A DNA stretch of 63,987 nt, filler included, from Malassezia furfur (GCA_052055015.1; 6 parts of 6 records of this genome joined end to end with filler, not necessarily neighbours in it); one strand, 5' to 3'; positions 45,472 to 56,689 are shown, counted from the first letter of the whole stretch. Notes: generated from the sequence alone by a model not told the origin. Made by a program: numbers and translations.

Positions 45472-46578
45472 TTATTGGAAAGTGAATGCCGTCGAGCTAC
45501 CCCACGTCGAATGTTCCGCAGCGAACTTGAAGGCGTCTTCCCAACTATTTAGTTGGTAGGTCGCAATGTCCTGACCTCCCTTGGAGCCGAGAGCCAATGC
45601 GCCACTTTCTGCAAGTCTCACAACTTGCTGTAAGTCTTCCCGGGAATACATGAAGTTGAAGTAGAATTCAAGATTCTTGAACATAACAAGCGCATACGGA
45701 ATTTCAACATTCCCTTGCGGAGCTCCTAGCAGACAAATCCGTCCCCGTGGCTTCAAAGCTTGAATCGCACTAGCAAAGTGACTTGGAATGGCTGGCATCT
45801 GCGGGGTAAAGTCCAGGAAAGCATCTGGTGCTCCCCATTGTTGCATCCCTTCCGCGTCTTTCTGTACATCCCCTGTTAGCTGCAAAGCATAGACTCGCGG
45901 GAATGCTTTCGCCAATTTATCCAAAATTGTTTTGTTGCGTGAAGCAGCAATGACTGTGGCACCCATTGCACTAGCCAGTTGCACAGCATCTCCAGAGAAT
46001 TTCCCGGTTGAGGGAGCAATAACGACCGTGTCGCCAGGTTTCACATGAGCACGATTAAGTCCGCCCATTCCGACTGCGAATCGCGTTAGCTGCGGCAAGT
46101 CTTCCATCTTATAGCCGTATTGGTTAAAAAGTTTCTCTTCCTCCAGGACATGAACATTCTCGAGTGGAACTTTCGCGTATTGTGCGTAAAACCCATCCTT
46201 ATACATTTCCATCAGCTTCTTCGATTGTGGTGCAAATTTGTGAAAAAGCCCTTGAATCGCGGTAACTTCCTCAATGTCACGCGCACGGAGCAGGTTATCC
46301 ATGACGACCAGGTCACCCTTTTTCACGTGAACCTGATCTCCTCCAGTTGCCTCTACCCTTCCAACAGCTTGACATCCCCATACAAAAGGGAAATCCGACC
46401 CTGGAAGAAAATTGGCTCCTTCCACAAGCACCTCCTGGCTATTGGGATTAACATAGGACGCCAATACCCGAACAATCACGTCGCCACGCTCGGCTAGGGA
46501 GAAGGGGACATCTTTGATGGATAGTTTACCCTTGGATTCAACAACAAGCGCCTTGTATTCCTTAGGTGCAGGGGTCAT
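45472..46578 (-). CDS. MDR-superfamily (GroES-like) dehydrogenase/reductase, telomere-adjacent
   Basis: GDVIVRVLA, AVGRVEATG, DGFYAQYAKVPLEN, APSTGKFSG, LKPRGRICLLG; intronless, AT-richer. Confidence 0.85.
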   Translation of the reverse strand: MTPAPKEYKALVVESKGKLSIKDVPFSLAERGDVIVRVLASYVNPNSQEVLVEGANFLPGSDFPFVWGCQAVGRVEATGGDQVHVKKGDLVVMDNLLRARDIEEVTAIQGLFHKFAPQSKKLMEMYKDGFYAQYAKVPLENVHVLEEEKLFNQYGYKMEDLPQLTRFAVGMGGLNRAHVKPGDTVVIAPSTGKFSGDAVQLASAMGATVIAASRNKTILDKLAKAFPRVYALQLTGDVQKDAEGMQQWGAPDAFLDFTPQMPAIPSHFASAIQALKPRGRICLLGAPQGNVEIPYALVMFKNLEFYFNFMYSREDLQQVVRLAESGALALGSKGGQDIATYQLNSWEDAFKFAAEHSTWGSSTAFTFQ

Positions 46579-46809
46579 GACGGGATTCAATACAGGGCCT
46601 TAAACGACTAGGAATTCGGTTTTATATGTTTGTCTGGAGCGCGGGGATTTTTTTGACTCCTTATCGCCGCGGAGAAAACTGATGAGATTTGTAATCTTGT
46701 TTCGGGATCGAGTAATCGTGTTAGAGCTGGCTCGTGCGGCTCTATTACCCCCATGTCCAAATATCGAAACAGACGTAATTCATCCGAGAATAACGGCCAG
46801 CTGTACACT

Positions 46810-47790
46810 TTGGGAATACAGAGAATTTAGGGATCTTCATAGTTACGAGGGTTTCGAAAAAGATGAGTGGCTACCTTGGGTAATGAATGAGAGGAATGCG
46901 TTATCCATCGTTGAATATGCGCGCAGGTCAGACATTAGGCCAAGGCACGTAGAAAATGATCTAGATAAAGGAAATAAGAAGACATTGTTGAAAGGGATCA
47001 AAGAGATATAGTATCAGCCGTAACTGTTTTGTGCTCAAGACTAGTTTCTACTTTCTCATAGACAGGAATCACACCGAAACTAACCAGAGAACATAATCGC
47101 AAATTCTTATGAGCGTGAAGAAATGTTTGAAGAAAAAGCATGTTGCCTTAGTGCATCAATCCAATATACGGTTGCTAAGCCAAAAGAGCACATCTCGATT
47201 CTTGAACTTTCAAAACGAAAAGAATGCAGGAGATGGCTGGGGAACTCAAGGTATCACGATGACTGATAAGTTCATATTGTTCAGGGGAGCCTATAGACTT
47301 CCAACTTATCCTAGATTTGTGCGGTTCGTCACTAAGCTGTCTTTGGGTTTGGCATTTCATTAATGGGAAAACGGACCTATTTTGACCTCCACTTGATTTC
47401 TACCCACTTCCTACGCTACCGATCGGTGTGTGCATCTTTTCCAGAGCCCCATACGTGTTTACATCGATCGAGAATACATACCAATCGGAACTGATGCTAT
47501 CGCGTTTATGGCTGCTAATCATTGGACCTCATGATTACAGGCAATGGCAACGGTTTTTAATTTATCTATTGATAACTTCATTTTCTCTATAGATCGACAC
47601 GCTGCCTCAGTGTTACCGTTTCGAAAGTTGCAATCATCAAATGATGGTGGTCTATTAGCGCGAAATGCTCTATATGACCTATGTTTACTTTTCCTACCTA
47701 GAGCATGGGTCTTATATATCAAGGTAGCGAGTAACAACACTTGGATAGGAGAACTTTGGGTACAGGATGGTAATCAACGACTGTAATCAA
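46810..47790 (+). pseudogene. Ancient relic of an aldo-keto reductase gene
   Basis: Collinear frame-hopping peptides EWLPWVMNERNALSIVEYA, KRYSISRNCFVLKTSFYF, CLKKKHV, EHISILEL, AWVLYIKV match the order of motifs in the AKR at 34237. Confidence 0.55.
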
Positions 47791-47837
47791 CTTGGAATGG
47801 AATTTGCAAGATGTGTTTCCTCGTAGGAAGCACAGTT

Positions 47838-48842
47838 TTAAGAAGAAGCCACTCGGTTAGCTCCGATATCCGTCGAGGGCATAGTGATCGCCTGGTGATC
47901 GCTCACGGCTTGTGGTACCTGTGCCTGGGTCGCATAGGGTGCCGACATCATTTCGGGTTGGTTAGGAGCAGCATTCTGTACGGTGAAGTTGTTCCCATTC
48001 CCCTGCGCGACTTCATTACGCAGCTCCGGAACGTGGCGCGACGGCTCAAAGAGCTGCACTGCCTCAGGGCTGAGAAGAATGATGAAGAAGGCAAAGTCTT
48101 CCAGCAAGCAAAAGACATAGTAGAACGGTGTGACGAAGTAAAGAATCACAAGCACGAACGAAATAGTCAGGAAAATTGTCTTCACCAGCATAACGGTAGA
48201 TAGCACGACGAGGATGACCATCATGTTGTCAAGCATCTTATGACTGGTGACGACCGGGACCGAGTTCCTGTGAGCTTGATCCATCAAGCTTAAAACAACT
48301 GCCTTTTCATGCTGAGCGGGTTTGCGACGACGGTGTCGGATTAATGCGATAATGGTGGTGATCCACATGCCCAGGTACAGGGCTAGGAACACGACCCACA
48401 TGATAGAAGGAACCCAGACGCCTGCAATAATGAGACCGATCATCAACAAAACAAAGAGTGTAGGGAAAGCGGGATGGAACATGACCAAGTTGAAAATGCG
48501 CTCGCCATAGTAGTGGTCTGCGATCATTGTCCAGCGAGCATAGAGAGAGTAGACGATGCAGAGAGAGACGGCAATGGCTGCCGAGTAAATGATGATTCCA
48601 ATGAGCGCATCAATGATATCGCCATATATGCGCATGACGAAAGATCCCACCTCGAGGCCGCAAAAGATGACCAACAAGGCATACTCCGTCTTTGGCCGGC
48701 GTGTCAATAGGTAGTAGATGAACACCAGCGTGAAGATACCGAAGATGGTCGTGAGCAGGATATGCGTGTTGGGATCATGGTATGCAGTGAACGTCTCGTC
48801 CCAGCAGTACTTGTGACGAAAGGGGGAATGGTCCGTACTCAT
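47838..48842 (-). CDS. Multi-pass membrane protein, RTA1-like
   Basis: ATG 48842; about 7 hydrophobic segments, IFGIFTLVF..LVIFCGLEVGSFVMR. Confidence 0.55.
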   Translation of the reverse strand: MSTDHSPFRHKYCWDETFTAYHDPNTHILLTTIFGIFTLVFIYYLLTRRPKTEYALLVIFCGLEVGSFVMRIYGDIIDALIGIIIYSAAIAVSLCIVYSLYARWTMIADHYYGERIFNLVMFHPAFPTLFVLLMIGLIIAGVWVPSIMWVVFLALYLGMWITTIIALIRHRRRKPAQHEKAVVLSLMDQAHRNSVPVVTSHKMLDNMMVILVVLSTVMLVKTIFLTISFVLVILYFVTPFYYVFCLLEDFAFFIILLSPEAVQLFEPSRHVPELRNEVAQGNGNNFTVQNAAPNQPEMMSAPYATQAQVPQAVSDHQAITMPSTDIGANRVASS

Positions 48843-48978
48843 CGTGGGCGATGGGCAGTACCTTCGGGATCGGCAACGTCCCAGATCGGACACCAGGGTC
48901 AAAAAAAAATATTCGGCCCTGGACCCCCATTTAATCCGAAATGACGTACATCGGGGCCGCATAGATACACGTGACTAC

Positions 48979-50416
48979 CTAAGCAAAATAGAGATCGACC
49001 AACACTGTGGTAAGCTTCGCGCGACGTACTGGTCGTGACACCCAAGATGATTCTGATGGTTAGTTTGTAGGACGTACTCTAGCACAATCAAGATGATGAC
49101 AATAATCTCGAGCCACTCGGAATGACTTGATGTCACCTGGTCCTTGAGCAACTGGAGCATATCCTGGAGAACCTCGACACGAATGTTGAGCAAGTCGATA
49201 CGTTGCGGGATCTCCAAGTAGCTCCGTGCAGCAGAGTACAGCGGCTCCAGGTCGGGTTGTGCCCAGAAAATTTCCGGAGAGTCCACGATCGAGCCGACCA
49301 GGTGGATGTTCATGCGCAGGATGAATAGGTGTCCGATGTGTTTCATGATATCGACCGGGGGCATGCCAACTTTGCCACTTTCTGCGATACTCCGGGGAAT
49401 ATCTTTGGTGGTATCGATTGTTGCTTCGATCACGCTCTCGAAGAAGCTGATCTTCGTCGACTGGGCGAGCGCATGCGATAGAGACAGCTTGGTCATGTAG
49501 CTCGAGCCGCGGCGTAGCGTGATGACATCGTTGTAGATCCTGGTGTGAGTTGTGCGGAAACATACCGGCTGTAGTCGGCCAGGTACCAGTTCAGGTCCTC
49601 GCTTTCCACGTCCTCTAGCGCAAGTCGCTCCACCTCAAACTTGCGGATCTCGCGCAAGAGGCGCTTCTCCTCAGTCTGCGACATGCCCCAGATCACGATC
49701 GTGCCGTACTCCATGATGAAGATTTCTGGCACGAAGTGCAAGGTGGATGTCGGCTTCTTGGGCGTGCCTTGATTCCCCGTATTCCGCGCGCCTTCTTCGC
49801 CTTCCTCGCTGATGGTTTGTAGCCCGTGGTTGCTTGCGTCAGTAAAACACATACCTCGACGCATTCTCCTGCAGTTCGGGGATCCCGAGCAGGTCGCCCG
49901 TCTTTGCGTCGCCGCCGCCGTGCGAGCGGCTGCGGTGCATCGCGAAGGGTGACGAGCTGGGGACGCCGCGCGCCTCGTCCACGGATTGATACGTATACGT
50001 GGTGTACACGCACTCATCGAAGCGCAAAACATTCGTATGGTGCGACTCCTTGCGCGCCTCGAGCCACTGGACCAGCTCGCGCATCCGGTACGAGGTTGCC
50101 GTGCTGTAGGCGGTGACGCGCGGCAGGCGCGAGCGCGCCTTGCGCGTGAGACGCAGGGCATCGCGACGCATACTTCCCTCCGGGATGTGCTCGAGGCGAG
50201 CGAGGTTGGCGTCGTCCACATCTCCGTCGTCGTCCCAATGGAGATCGGGGTGGACGTCGCCGTCCATATCCTCGAGCGACGACTTGGACGAGGGCTCCGT
50301 GGTCGGCGCCTCAGGCAAGATTTTGTGCTTAATCGCACCCTTTGTCGATCTGGAATGAGTGTTTCGTCTACGCACCGCTGCGGCCCCGCTTTCGGGGCGT
50401 ACGTATTGCTGCTCAT
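48979..50416 (-). CDS. RMD1: Rmd1/DUF155 family protein
   Basis: LPRVTAYSTATSY, EYGTIVIWG, KLSLSHALAQSTK, LEIPQRIDLLN, LEIIVIILI; introns 50350-50375, 49833-49854, 49540-49565, 49053-49077, 49005-49029. Confidence 0.9.
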
Positions 50417-50508
50417 GGCGGCAAGGCAAAAGCACCGAGCTGTGCGGCCGACCCGGCACAGATCGGGATCGGGCCTCGTGGCTGGGCCCACGCCCAGGGT
50501 GCGTTGCA

Positions 50509-51429
50509 TTACAGGGAGGTGTAGTCTACAAAAAGGCCCTCGTCTTGCACGATCGTGGCTTCGACGAGGAAACGCAGTGCGCCAGGGGCGTGTAATGGTG
50601 CACAAAGATCGGAGACTGGTCGTGGCGAGTCTAGACGCAAGGGCGTCTCGCCTCGACCTGCGCCGGCTTGTATGGTCGCATCGAATCGCGCTAACCGCCG
50701 TACGCGGCGCGAGTCGAGGTAGCGCTGTCGCGCCGCGGAGGGCATCTTGCCGTTGGACGTAGCGGCGGGGATATCTACTGCTTGGGTGGCGGGTCGGGGG
50801 GTGTCCTTGTCGGTGTCCCGCACGAATGGCAAGGTCAGGTCAGTGGCATGGGTGGGTGAAACCAGCTCGATAGCGAGTGCGTCGGTGGAAATGGTCGTAT
50901 CGATCGCCTCTGCTGGCGGCAGCCCCCTTGTGAGGTCGAGGAGGCTGCGCACCTCGTCTTCGGTGGTAGCAATGTGCAAGGTATCAAATCCCGTGGTCTC
51001 GGAAGTGTCTGTGGATGTCTTGGTGATTAGCCGTTGGAGTGAGACGTGCGCGCCAACGGTCTGGGCCATGGCACACAGGTAGGTCAAGCTCTGACGCATG
51101 TCGTCCAGCGATATGCCCACGAGCGCACCGTCGTCGCGCACGCCCAGTTCGTACACACACGAGCCGCCGCCCTCGGTGAGCCGCCAGCTAAGCTGAGTGA
51201 CAAGCCGATCGAACCGGTCAGCGGACACGGGCAGGATTTGCAGCTTGTACTCGATATTGCCACTCTCGTCTTCCTCCGGAACGAGCGGCGAAAGTCCCGC
51301 ACGGGGGGCCGGAGCACATGGCGGTTGGGGAGAGCGCGCAGCTCCATTTTCGTGTGACGTCCAGGGGGATCTTGATCTTTGTGAGCATGCGACGTACGAG
51401 TGGGGCGCGAGCAGCTCCTCGCCAAACAT
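50509..51429 (-). CDS. GTPBP1/2 N-terminal-domain protein without GTPase domain
   Basis: PEEDESGNIEYKL, LVTQLSWRLTEGGG, YELGVRDDGALVG; no P-loop before stop. Confidence 0.7.
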   Translation of the reverse strand: MFGEELLAPHSYVACSQRSRSPWTSHENGAARSPQPPCAPAPRAGLSPLVPEEDESGNIEYKLQILPVSADRFDRLVTQLSWRLTEGGGSCVYELGVRDDGALVGISLDDMRQSLTYLCAMAQTVGAHVSLQRLITKTSTDTSETTGFDTLHIATTEDEVRSLLDLTRGLPPAEAIDTTISTDALAIELVSPTHATDLTLPFVRDTDKDTPRPATQAVDIPAATSNGKMPSAARQRYLDSRRVRRLARFDATIQAGAGRGETPLRLDSPRPVSDLCAPLHAPGALRFLVEATIVQDEGLFVDYTSL

Positions 51430-51526
51430 GTAGGGGCAGTGTGGGTATGACTCTAAAGCGTGTCTGTGCGGTACCTCCACGTGTGCCTACCAACACATCG
51501 GGTGCATCGGGTACGGACGCGCGACG

Positions 51527-52851
51527 ATGTCGACGCGGGGTGTGTGGGCGTGCGCGACGTCGTGGGCGTACCGGTTGTGCTTGGGTGCCGAGGGCTATCG
51601 CTTTCTCGTGCCGTGGCTTTTACTGTGTGATGGCCTGCTGACTGCGCTGATTGTCCAGCGTGTGCCCTACACTGAAATTGACTTCACGACGTATGTGGGG
51701 CAGGCGCGTCTCTTTCTCGAAGGCGAGCGCGTGTATACGCGGCTGGACCCCGTGAATGGCTCGGGGCCTTGCGTATACCCCGCTGGACACCTGTATGTGT
51801 ATGCCGCGCTAGCCTCCTTGAGCAAGGGCGCGTCCGACTTGGTCCCTGCGCAGCTCTTCTTCGCGGCGCTGTACCTGGCGACGTTTGCGCTAGTCGCGCA
51901 GCTATACCGCCTCGCCGGTGCACCGCCCATCCTCTTGGTGTTCTTGGTGCTGTCCAAGCGGCTGCATTCCATCTTTGTGCTGCGCATGTTCAACGACCCT
52001 GTTTGCATGTTCTGGGTGTATGGAAGCATCTACCTTCTTTGCACCCGCCGCTGGCGTCTTGCGTGTGTGGTGTACAGGTGCGTGGGCGTACTCACCAAGT
52101 TTGGGTCTCGGTGTCAAGATGAATGCGCTGTTGTTCTTGCCCGGCCTGTGCGTTGTGCTGTTCCGTGCGCTGGGCGCTGTCCAGACGTTGGTGTCGCTGG
52201 CGATCATCGCTGGGGTGCAAGCGATCCTGGGCGCACCCTTTCTGCTTACCAACTGGCGTGCCTACGTGAGCTCGGCATTTGACTTCTCGCGCGTCTTTCT
52301 GTACAAATGGACCGTCAACTGGCGGTTCCTCAACGAGGCGACGTTTTTGGAGGCGCGCACGGCGCGTGTCTTGCTGTGTGCGCATGCTGCGCTGTTGGCC
52401 GCGTTTGGTCTATTCCGCTGGACTGGCATCGGCACCCAGGGCGTATCCTGGATCACGCGGCGCTGGCACGGCGAGCGGCCACTGATGCTGACTCCGGCGT
52501 GTACGTCTTGCGCTCACCCAGACATCATCGTCACGCTGTTCACCAGCAATTTGATCGGGGTCGTGGTAGCGCGCAGCTTGCACTACCAGTTTTACAGCTG
52601 GTATGCCCATGCATTGCCCCTTTTGTGCTGGATGGCCCTACCTTGGGCGGCGGCGAGGTACGTGGGCGCACGCAGCGATGTGCTTATGCAGTGTTGTGGT
52701 GCTTGGCGCAGTCGAGTATGCGTGGAACGTGTTTCCCTCGACCCCCCAGTCATCGCTGGTGTTGCTGGGCGCGCACGCCGTGCTAATTATGGGGCTATGG
52801 ACATCACGGCGTACACCCTGGGATGCGGTGGTACGGGCGCGGATCAGGTGA
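51527..52851 (+). CDS. ALG3: Dol-P-Man alpha-1,3-mannosyltransferase Alg3
   Basis: VPYTEIDF, GPCVYPAGH, SKRLHSIFVLRMFND, KWTVNWRF, RSLHYQFYSWY, EYAWNVFPST; introns 52078-52099, 52501-52521, 52658-52691. Confidence 0.95.
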
Positions 52852-54152
52852 CGATCTTTTTGCCGTCGGGCAGGACCTCTTCCTGGAGGATGTGTCCGCC
52901 GTTCTGTTCCATCACCAAAAGAGCGCCACGGCCCATGCCCGTGTTCACACGGGGGTCCCAGGGAAGGGAATATGGATAGAGTCCCTGGAGCGCCGAGTTG
53001 TCCGCCGGGCACCAATCAATCAGCCCCGAGATCTCGTTGGCGGTGCTGGCGTACGGAGGCAGCCGGCGCGCAATGTTGCGTCTCCGGCGCTTTTCGAGCA
53101 GACGGTGGTGACAACCATACAGGTCCTGCCGGAACTGGTCGTAGGCGTTGTCGCGCTCGGCGGTATTGATGCGGTTGGCGTCGTCGATGCCCACGTAGTT
53201 GAAGCGGCTGCTTCCGTCGCTCGTAGGCTTGTGCATGGGCCAGCGTAGCGCGCGGGCGTGCAGGTCGCGGAAGCGCTTCTCCTTGAACTTGTAGCCCACA
53301 ACGGTGACTTTTTCTGGGTAGGTGTCGGTGTACTCGCGGAAACGCGCGATGCTAAACATCAAGTTCTGGAACGAGTCGAGCGCAAAGTTCTCCGTGGTCA
53401 TGCGCAGGTGTGCAAGGTTGGGTCCACTGTCCTCGGTGGACTGGCCCGTGGGCGGTGCGGCGGCGCCCGAGGATGCTGCGGGGTGCGCACTCTGTGCGCC
53501 GTCGCCAAACAGCGGCTGGAAGGCCGACTTGGGTGCGGTGGCCGCGAGCGCCGTCTGGGGCCAGCGCGGAAGCGTTGGCGAGAGTTGCAACGCAAGACGG
53601 TAGTAGGACTCGGCCTCTGACAGCCACGCCTGATCGCGCGTCTGTCCGCCGCTAAACACCAAGAGGCTGGAGCTGTCGTTGGCGGCGATGCCGACGCTGG
53701 GGTTAGCCATGGGATGCGGCGCGTACGTACCCTGTTTCGATGTGCTTGACAAACGTCTGGACACTGCCGCCACGCTGGTACTCTTCGAGGAACCAGTTGT
53801 TGTCATCGGTGACACTCAGGCCTGGGTTGCCCTTCCACACGGCGTGGCCAGCTACGATTACGAGGTGGGTGAGCTTGACCTTGCCATGACCTGGGAGCAC
53901 TGGGAGCAAGGTGCGTACATTTCCAAAGCGCTCGGGGCACTCGACGCCCGTGGCGGGCTGAATGGGCACCTTGACGACGCGAGTGGTGTGTCGCATATTG
54001 AGGAGCATGGAGAAAACGAGGGCGATGGTGAGCATCACTACGCCGAGGTTGGTGACGCGCGAGCGGGCCGCGAGGCGTGCGCGCAGCGACGCCCACACCC
54101 CCCGGTCCATGAGCTTCCCATGCAGATCCGAGTAGAGATGGGGCAGTGACAT
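52844..54152 (-). CDS. Conserved DUF218-like single-TM protein (YOR238W-like)
   Basis: HLVIVAGHAVW, LLVFSGGQTR, SEAESY, TENFALDSFQNLMFSIARF, FKEKRF; intron 53697-53730. Confidence 0.75.
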
Positions 54153-54344
54153 CGAGACTCGGTAGCACCCGTCGACCTGCTGCGAAGCGAAGCGTGGAGG
54201 GCAGGCTGAGGTGCGCGCGGCGGCCCCTCTGGAGCGCGGCTGGGTCGGCCGACACGCCTCCCTGCCGCTTAGCTCAGCATGCAGCCCCCCGGTGCCCGTT
54301 GCGCGGGCGCCGGTGCGTTGGGCGTAGCTCAGTCGTTGGTGGTC

Positions 54345-55214
54345 ATGGTGCGTCGTGGGCGACTGACGCAGCTGAAAGCAAGTGCCCCCCACCTGATCTG
54401 GGCCGCTGGCCACTTCATCACATTTTTTGCTGGTCTCCGTTACCTGTTGACGATCGCTACGTTCTCGTGGACCGGCTATGATGCGTGGTACCGCGTCGCG
54501 TACTTTGGCGCGATCGTGAGCTACGGTGTGGTGATCTACAAGAGCTTTGGTGTGCCGCGCACGGACAAGGCCTACGTGCAGCGTGCGCTGATGGATGAGA
54601 ATGTGCAGTACCTCGTGATGGCCGTGTACTGGTGCTATGTGAAGCCTATCTCGAGTACGTTGCGTGTGTCTGACGATGCAGTTACGCTGATCCCCTACAT
54701 CACCTTTTCGCTGTTCCACCTGCTCACCTTTACGCGCACCACCATCCTGCCGGCGATGGTTTCGCCGAGCGCGGACAGCAGTGCGCCGCCGCCGCACAGC
54801 CAGCTGTCCAAGTCGATCCAGACGTGGGTGAAGGAGAACTACGACCGTGCGATGCGTTTTGTGTCGTACGCCGAGGTGGTGATCTTTGTGCGTGTGCTGG
54901 TCGGCGCGCTGCTGTTCCGCAACTCGCTGCTTGCGCCGCTGCTGTACGCCCACTTTTTGCGCCTGCGCTTCTACATGAGCAGCTTCACGCGCGCCGCGTT
55001 CCACCATGTGCGCTCGGAGCTGGACGGCCTTGTGCAGCACCCGTCGTGCCCGCCCGTGGTGCGCAAGGGCTACTTTATGCTGACCGACCTCGTGACGCGG
55101 TATGCCTCGACGGTGCTGAGCATCAACAAGGACCAGCCGACGCCGGCCACGGCGGCGCGTCCGACGCCCCAGTCGAGTACCCCGGCGGACCCGACCAAGA
55201 CCAAGTTGCGCTGA
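54345..55214 (+). CDS. POM33: Pom33/Per33 (TMEM33) ER/nuclear pore membrane protein
   Basis: IWAAGH, SYGVVIYKS, DENVQYL, FSLFHLLTF, FLRLRF; introns 54348-54371 (right after ATG) and 54655-54681. Confidence 0.85.
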   Translation: MVRRGRLTQLKASAPHLIWAAGHFITFFAGLRYLLTIATFSWTGYDAWYRVAYFGAIVSYGVVIYKSFGVPRTDKAYVQRALMDENVQYLVMAVYWCYVKPISSTLRVSDDAVTLIPYITFSLFHLLTFTRTTILPAMVSPSADSSAPPPHSQLSKSIQTWVKENYDRAMRFVSYAEVVIFVRVLVGALLFRNSLLAPLLYAHFLRLRFYMSSFTRAAFHHVRSELDGLVQHPSCPPVVRKGYFMLTDLVTRYASTVLSINKDQPTPATAARPTPQSSTPADPTKTKLR

Positions 55215-55279
55215 GGCGCATGGGCGCAGGCGCGTGTCGTGTAGAGGTGCTGTGTATGTCATAGACGCCATTGCATCGG

Positions 55280-56589
55280 CTAGTGTGCATTTTGTACGGA
55301 CGGTGCGCCCGCCACGCCCGGCTCGATGCCGCGGGGCGTGATGGCAAAGTAGGCCGCGTGCCCCGCCGGGGCGTGCGGCGCAAAGACGACGGCCAGGCGC
55401 CGAGCTGTGCCGCGCTGCGGCGTGTGTGATACGAGGAAGCGCGCGTTTACGCAGTTGGCCCACACCAGGCCGAGCTGGGCGGTTTTCAGGGCGTCGTCGC
55501 CGCGCTGGACGCTCGCCAAGAGCCCCGAGAAGTGCGCCGCCTGCGTCGCGTACGGGAGTGGGAGGAGGTGCGCGGGGTCGGACGCGTAACGTGGCGTGAA
55601 TGCGGCGTCCTCCGAGGCGCGCAGTGCGTGCGCATGCCGCACGAGCGCCTGGTCGTGCTCAAATGCGTCGCTCACATGGTTTACGACGACGACGGCGAGT
55701 GGGCGCGTCGCCGCAGCCTTGGGCGTGTGCGTGCCCGCCGCGAGCCGGCGGAGCCACTCGGCGAGGGCATGGAGGCGAGCAGCGCGCAGCGTGTGCGCCG
55801 CGGTCGCCGACCGCGGCGCCTCTTCCTGGAGCGAGTCGTCCTGGAGCAGCGGCGGAACGCTGTCCAGCACGACGAGCGCGATGGCCGGTGGGTCGTGCGT
55901 GTCGCGCTGGTGCGTGTGTGTACGCTCGAGCAGGCCTGGTAGCGTGTAGCACAGGACGTGCTGCGCCGACTCGAACGTAAACGCGCACGCGATCGTCACG
56001 TTGCGCAGCATCTTGCGCGTGGCCTGTGCGAGGCTCGACGCGTCGGCGCGTGCGCCGAGGGCGTCTTGGAGACAGGCATGTGCCATATCGACCATGCGCT
56101 GTACCATGTGCCGTGCGGCGCTGCGTCCGTGTGTGGTAATGAGCGCGACGCCGCGGCCCTGCCCACCGAGGGCGACCGAGTCGGGCGTGTCGAGCGCGAG
56201 GGCCGTATGCACGGTTGTGTAGAGCAGGAGCTGGGTCTTGCCCGCGGCGCTCTCGCCCAAGAGCTCCGAGACCATGCCGCGTGCGTAGCCGCCGCCGAGG
56301 CACGCGTCGAGCGACGCGACGCCTGTCGACAGGAAGGCGGGAGCAGGGGTGGGCGCGGCGTGCACGGCCGGGCTCGGGCTCGGCTCGTCGGCGCGGGGTG
56401 TGCCTGGAACGACGCTCGGCGGAGTGGTATCGGTGTGCAGTGTGTCCCAGACACAGTGCATCGGCGGCACGGCCGCGCGTTGGATGGCCGTGCGGATGCG
56501 CGCGGCATGGTCTTCCGACACGGCGAGGCGGCGAGCGAGGTCCGCGCGCGGCTCGATGAGCACCTGCTCGACGCTATGCAGGCCGGCTG
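55280..56589 (-). CDS. RAD57: Rad51 paralogue (Rad57/XRCC3-like), 5'-truncated
   Basis: LSTGVASLDACLGGG, Walker A GESAAGKTQ, Walker B LVVLDSV, LGLVWANCVNAR, VVFAPH. Confidence 0.8.
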
Positions 56590-56689
56590 NNNNNNNNNNN
56601 NNNNNNNNNNNNNNNNNNNNNNNNNNNNNNNNNTTAATTAATTAANNNNNNNNNNNNNNNNNNNNNNNNNNNNNNNNNNNNNNNNNNNN
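56590..56689. other. Artificial contig linker
   Basis: N44-TTAATTAATTAA-N44. Confidence 0.98.

Noticed and set aside
11259..56689. Repeated TTAATTAATTAA flanked by Ns at ~11.3-kb periodicity
   Set aside because: Artificial six-frame-stop linkers; contig lengths 11241, 11237, 11232, 11221 show size sorting, so neighbourhood across linkers has no meaning
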